From a bacterium (GTDB lineage Bacteria > Bacillota > Clostridia > Christensenellales > CAG-138): 33,557 nt of DNA. The translations under genes were made by a program, and so were the position numbers. The stretch covers positions 1 through 33,557 of the forward strand of contig JAQXRK010000208.1 in the NCBI GenBank assembly GCA_029218485.1. The letters are read 5' to 3'. The notes under the pieces were generated by a model, which did not search any database, was not told the DNA's origin, and saw only the letters and a program-made list of their open reading frames with translations. Of this stretch, positions 32,202 through 33,557 are shown in pieces (position 1 is the first letter of the stretch; the number at the start of each line of letters is the position of its first letter).

Positions 32202-33433
32202 ATGGAAACCATGCAGCCGCCGCACTGGCGGCGCAGCTTTTTTACGGTCATCGCGGGGCAGACGGTCTCGCTGCTCGGCAGCTCCGCCGTCCAGTTTTCG
32301 CTGATCTGGTGGCTCGCGAGCGAGACCGCCTCGCCGATGATGCTCGCGTTTTCCGGGCTGTTGGCGTTCCTGCCGCAGATGCTGCTCGGCCCGTTCGCGG
32401 GCGTTTGGATCGACCGGCTCAAACGCAAAACGGTCCTGATCGGGGCCGATCTGTTCACCGGTCTGGTGGCAACGGCGTTTGCGGGCCTGTTCGTCGTGAT
32501 GGAGCAGCCGCCCTACTGGACGGCTTGCGTTGCGCTCGGCCTGCGCGCTGTGGGCGGCGTGTTCCATACGCCCGCCATGCAGGCGACGATTCCGCTGCTG
32601 GTGCCGCGGGGGGAGCTGGTGCGCGCGGGCGGCTGGGGCCAGTTTCTGCAGTCGGGCTCGTTTATGCTCGGGCCGGTGATCGGCGCGGCCATGTATGCCG
32701 CGCTGCCGCTGCCGGTCATTCTGCTGACGGATCTGTTTGGCGCGCTGGTCGCGGCGCTGGCCGTGGCGCTCGTGCGCCTGCCGGAACTGCCGCTGCGGAG
32801 GGATGCGGCCGCGCCCAACGTGCTGCGGGAGCTGAAGGAGGGCGCAGCGGTCTATGCCCGCGATCGAAAGCTCTGCTTCATGACCGCCTGCATCACCATC
32901 GGGCTGGTGTTCTTCCTGCCGCTGTCCTCGTTCTATCCGCTGATGACGAGCGACTACTTTCAGGGCACCGCGTGGCAGGGGAGCCTTGTGGAGCTGCTGT
33001 ACGCGGCGGGCATGATGCTCTCGGCGCTGCTGACGGGCATGCTGGGGCGGATGCAGAACAAACTGGCCTGGGTCCACCTCGGACTGCTGGGCATTGGCGC
33101 AACCTCGCTGCTGTGCGGCCTGCTGCCGCCGACGGCGTTTGGATACTGGGCGTTTGCGGTGCTGTGCATGCTGATGGGCGCTTCCGGCAACCTGTACGGC
33201 ATTCCCTACACGCCTATTTGCAGGAGACGATCCCGCCGGAGCTGCAGGGCCGCGCGTTTTCGCTGATGGGCAGCGTCATGTCGTTCGCCATGCCCATCGG
33301 GCTGCTGATCTCCGGCCCGGTCGCCGAAGCATACGGCGTCCCGCTCTGGTGCGCGCTCACCGGTGCGGTGTTCCTGCTGACGACGGCGGTGAACTGGTGG
33401 TATGTAAAGCGGCGCCAGACCGCCGGGCGCTGA
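32202..33433 (+). pseudogene. MFS transporter (DHA3/macrolide-efflux-like) interrupted by a frameshift near 33212
   Basis: GGAAGGGG lies 6 nt upstream of ATG 32202 (METMQPPHWRRSFFTVIAGQTVSLLGSSAVQF...GPFAGVWIDRLKRKTV). The frame runs to ...GNLYGIPYT and then turns Arg-rich, with a stop at 33266. The rest of the protein (AYLQETIPPELQGRAFSLMGSVMSFAMPIGLL...) continues in another frame to 33433. The total length of 1232 nt is not a multiple of 3. Confidence 0.8.
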
Positions 33434-33499
33434 AGTTTACCATTCCCATTTGGACGATTTTGTGGCATACTATTGTTAAGTATCATTGTCGAGGAAGCT

Positions 33500-33557
33500 A
33501 TGGAAACCAGTTTTTTTGTCGATCCCACGCTGTATCGCGGCCGGCCCGCCGATTGCA
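33500..33557 (+). CDS. possible 5' end of an unidentified gene (partial)
   Basis: GAGGAAG lies 3-4 nt upstream of ATG 33500 (METSFFVDPTLYRGRPADC...). Only 19 codons are in the window. Confidence 0.25.
   Translation, partial: METSFFVDPTLYRGRPADC

Overview
This is a 33.5-kb high-GC chromosomal window. Gene content looks like a Clostridia/Oscillospiraceae-type Firmicute, but that is inference and no search was possible. It looks like core genome rather than a mobile island: I saw no integrase, transposase, CRISPR array, tRNA or rRNA. Three blocks make up the window. (1) 371-8803, all on the minus strand, is a run of cell-envelope genes: ddl, murF, an acyltransferase-3, a 4-Cys TSCPD protein, a CPBP intramembrane protease, an SH3b/PG-binding/NlpC-P60 hydrolase, an LPQSG surface protein and a sortase. 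(2) 8990-17681 carries housekeeping and peptidase genes: an M3B-like lipoprotein peptidase, a zinc-ribbon pseudokinase-like protein, a low-GC CDA-fold deaminase, an M29 aminopeptidase, an MFS transporter and tldD-pmbA. (3) 17821-21200 is the rpmG-secE-nusG-rplK-rplA-rplJ-rplL cluster with an L10-leader-like attenuator. It is followed by a type III glutamine synthetase, udk, a nucleotidyltransferase, an RsmB/F-type methyltransferase, a three-gene MacB/FtsX-type ABC module, an ACT/UPF0210 pair and a frameshifted MFS gene. The most unusual object is the CPBP protease (3307-4836). Its predicted cytoplasmic N-terminus is eight tandem 21-aa Cys/Asp/Pro-rich repeats (63-bp DNA repeats, about 27 Cys), and it sits 44 bp downstream of the 4-Cys TSCPD gene. 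Secondary leads are: a decapitated sortase substrate gene; four genes with a -10 box 6-7 nt upstream of the ATG and no Shine-Dalgarno (candidate leaderless mRNAs); a translationally coupled lipoprotein-peptidase/pseudokinase pair; and an ABC accessory protein with a Met-rich juxtamembrane segment. All family calls come from motif recognition by eye. Two frame disruptions and one in-frame stop suggest either real pseudogenes or an indel-prone assembly, which limits confidence in fine-scale claims.
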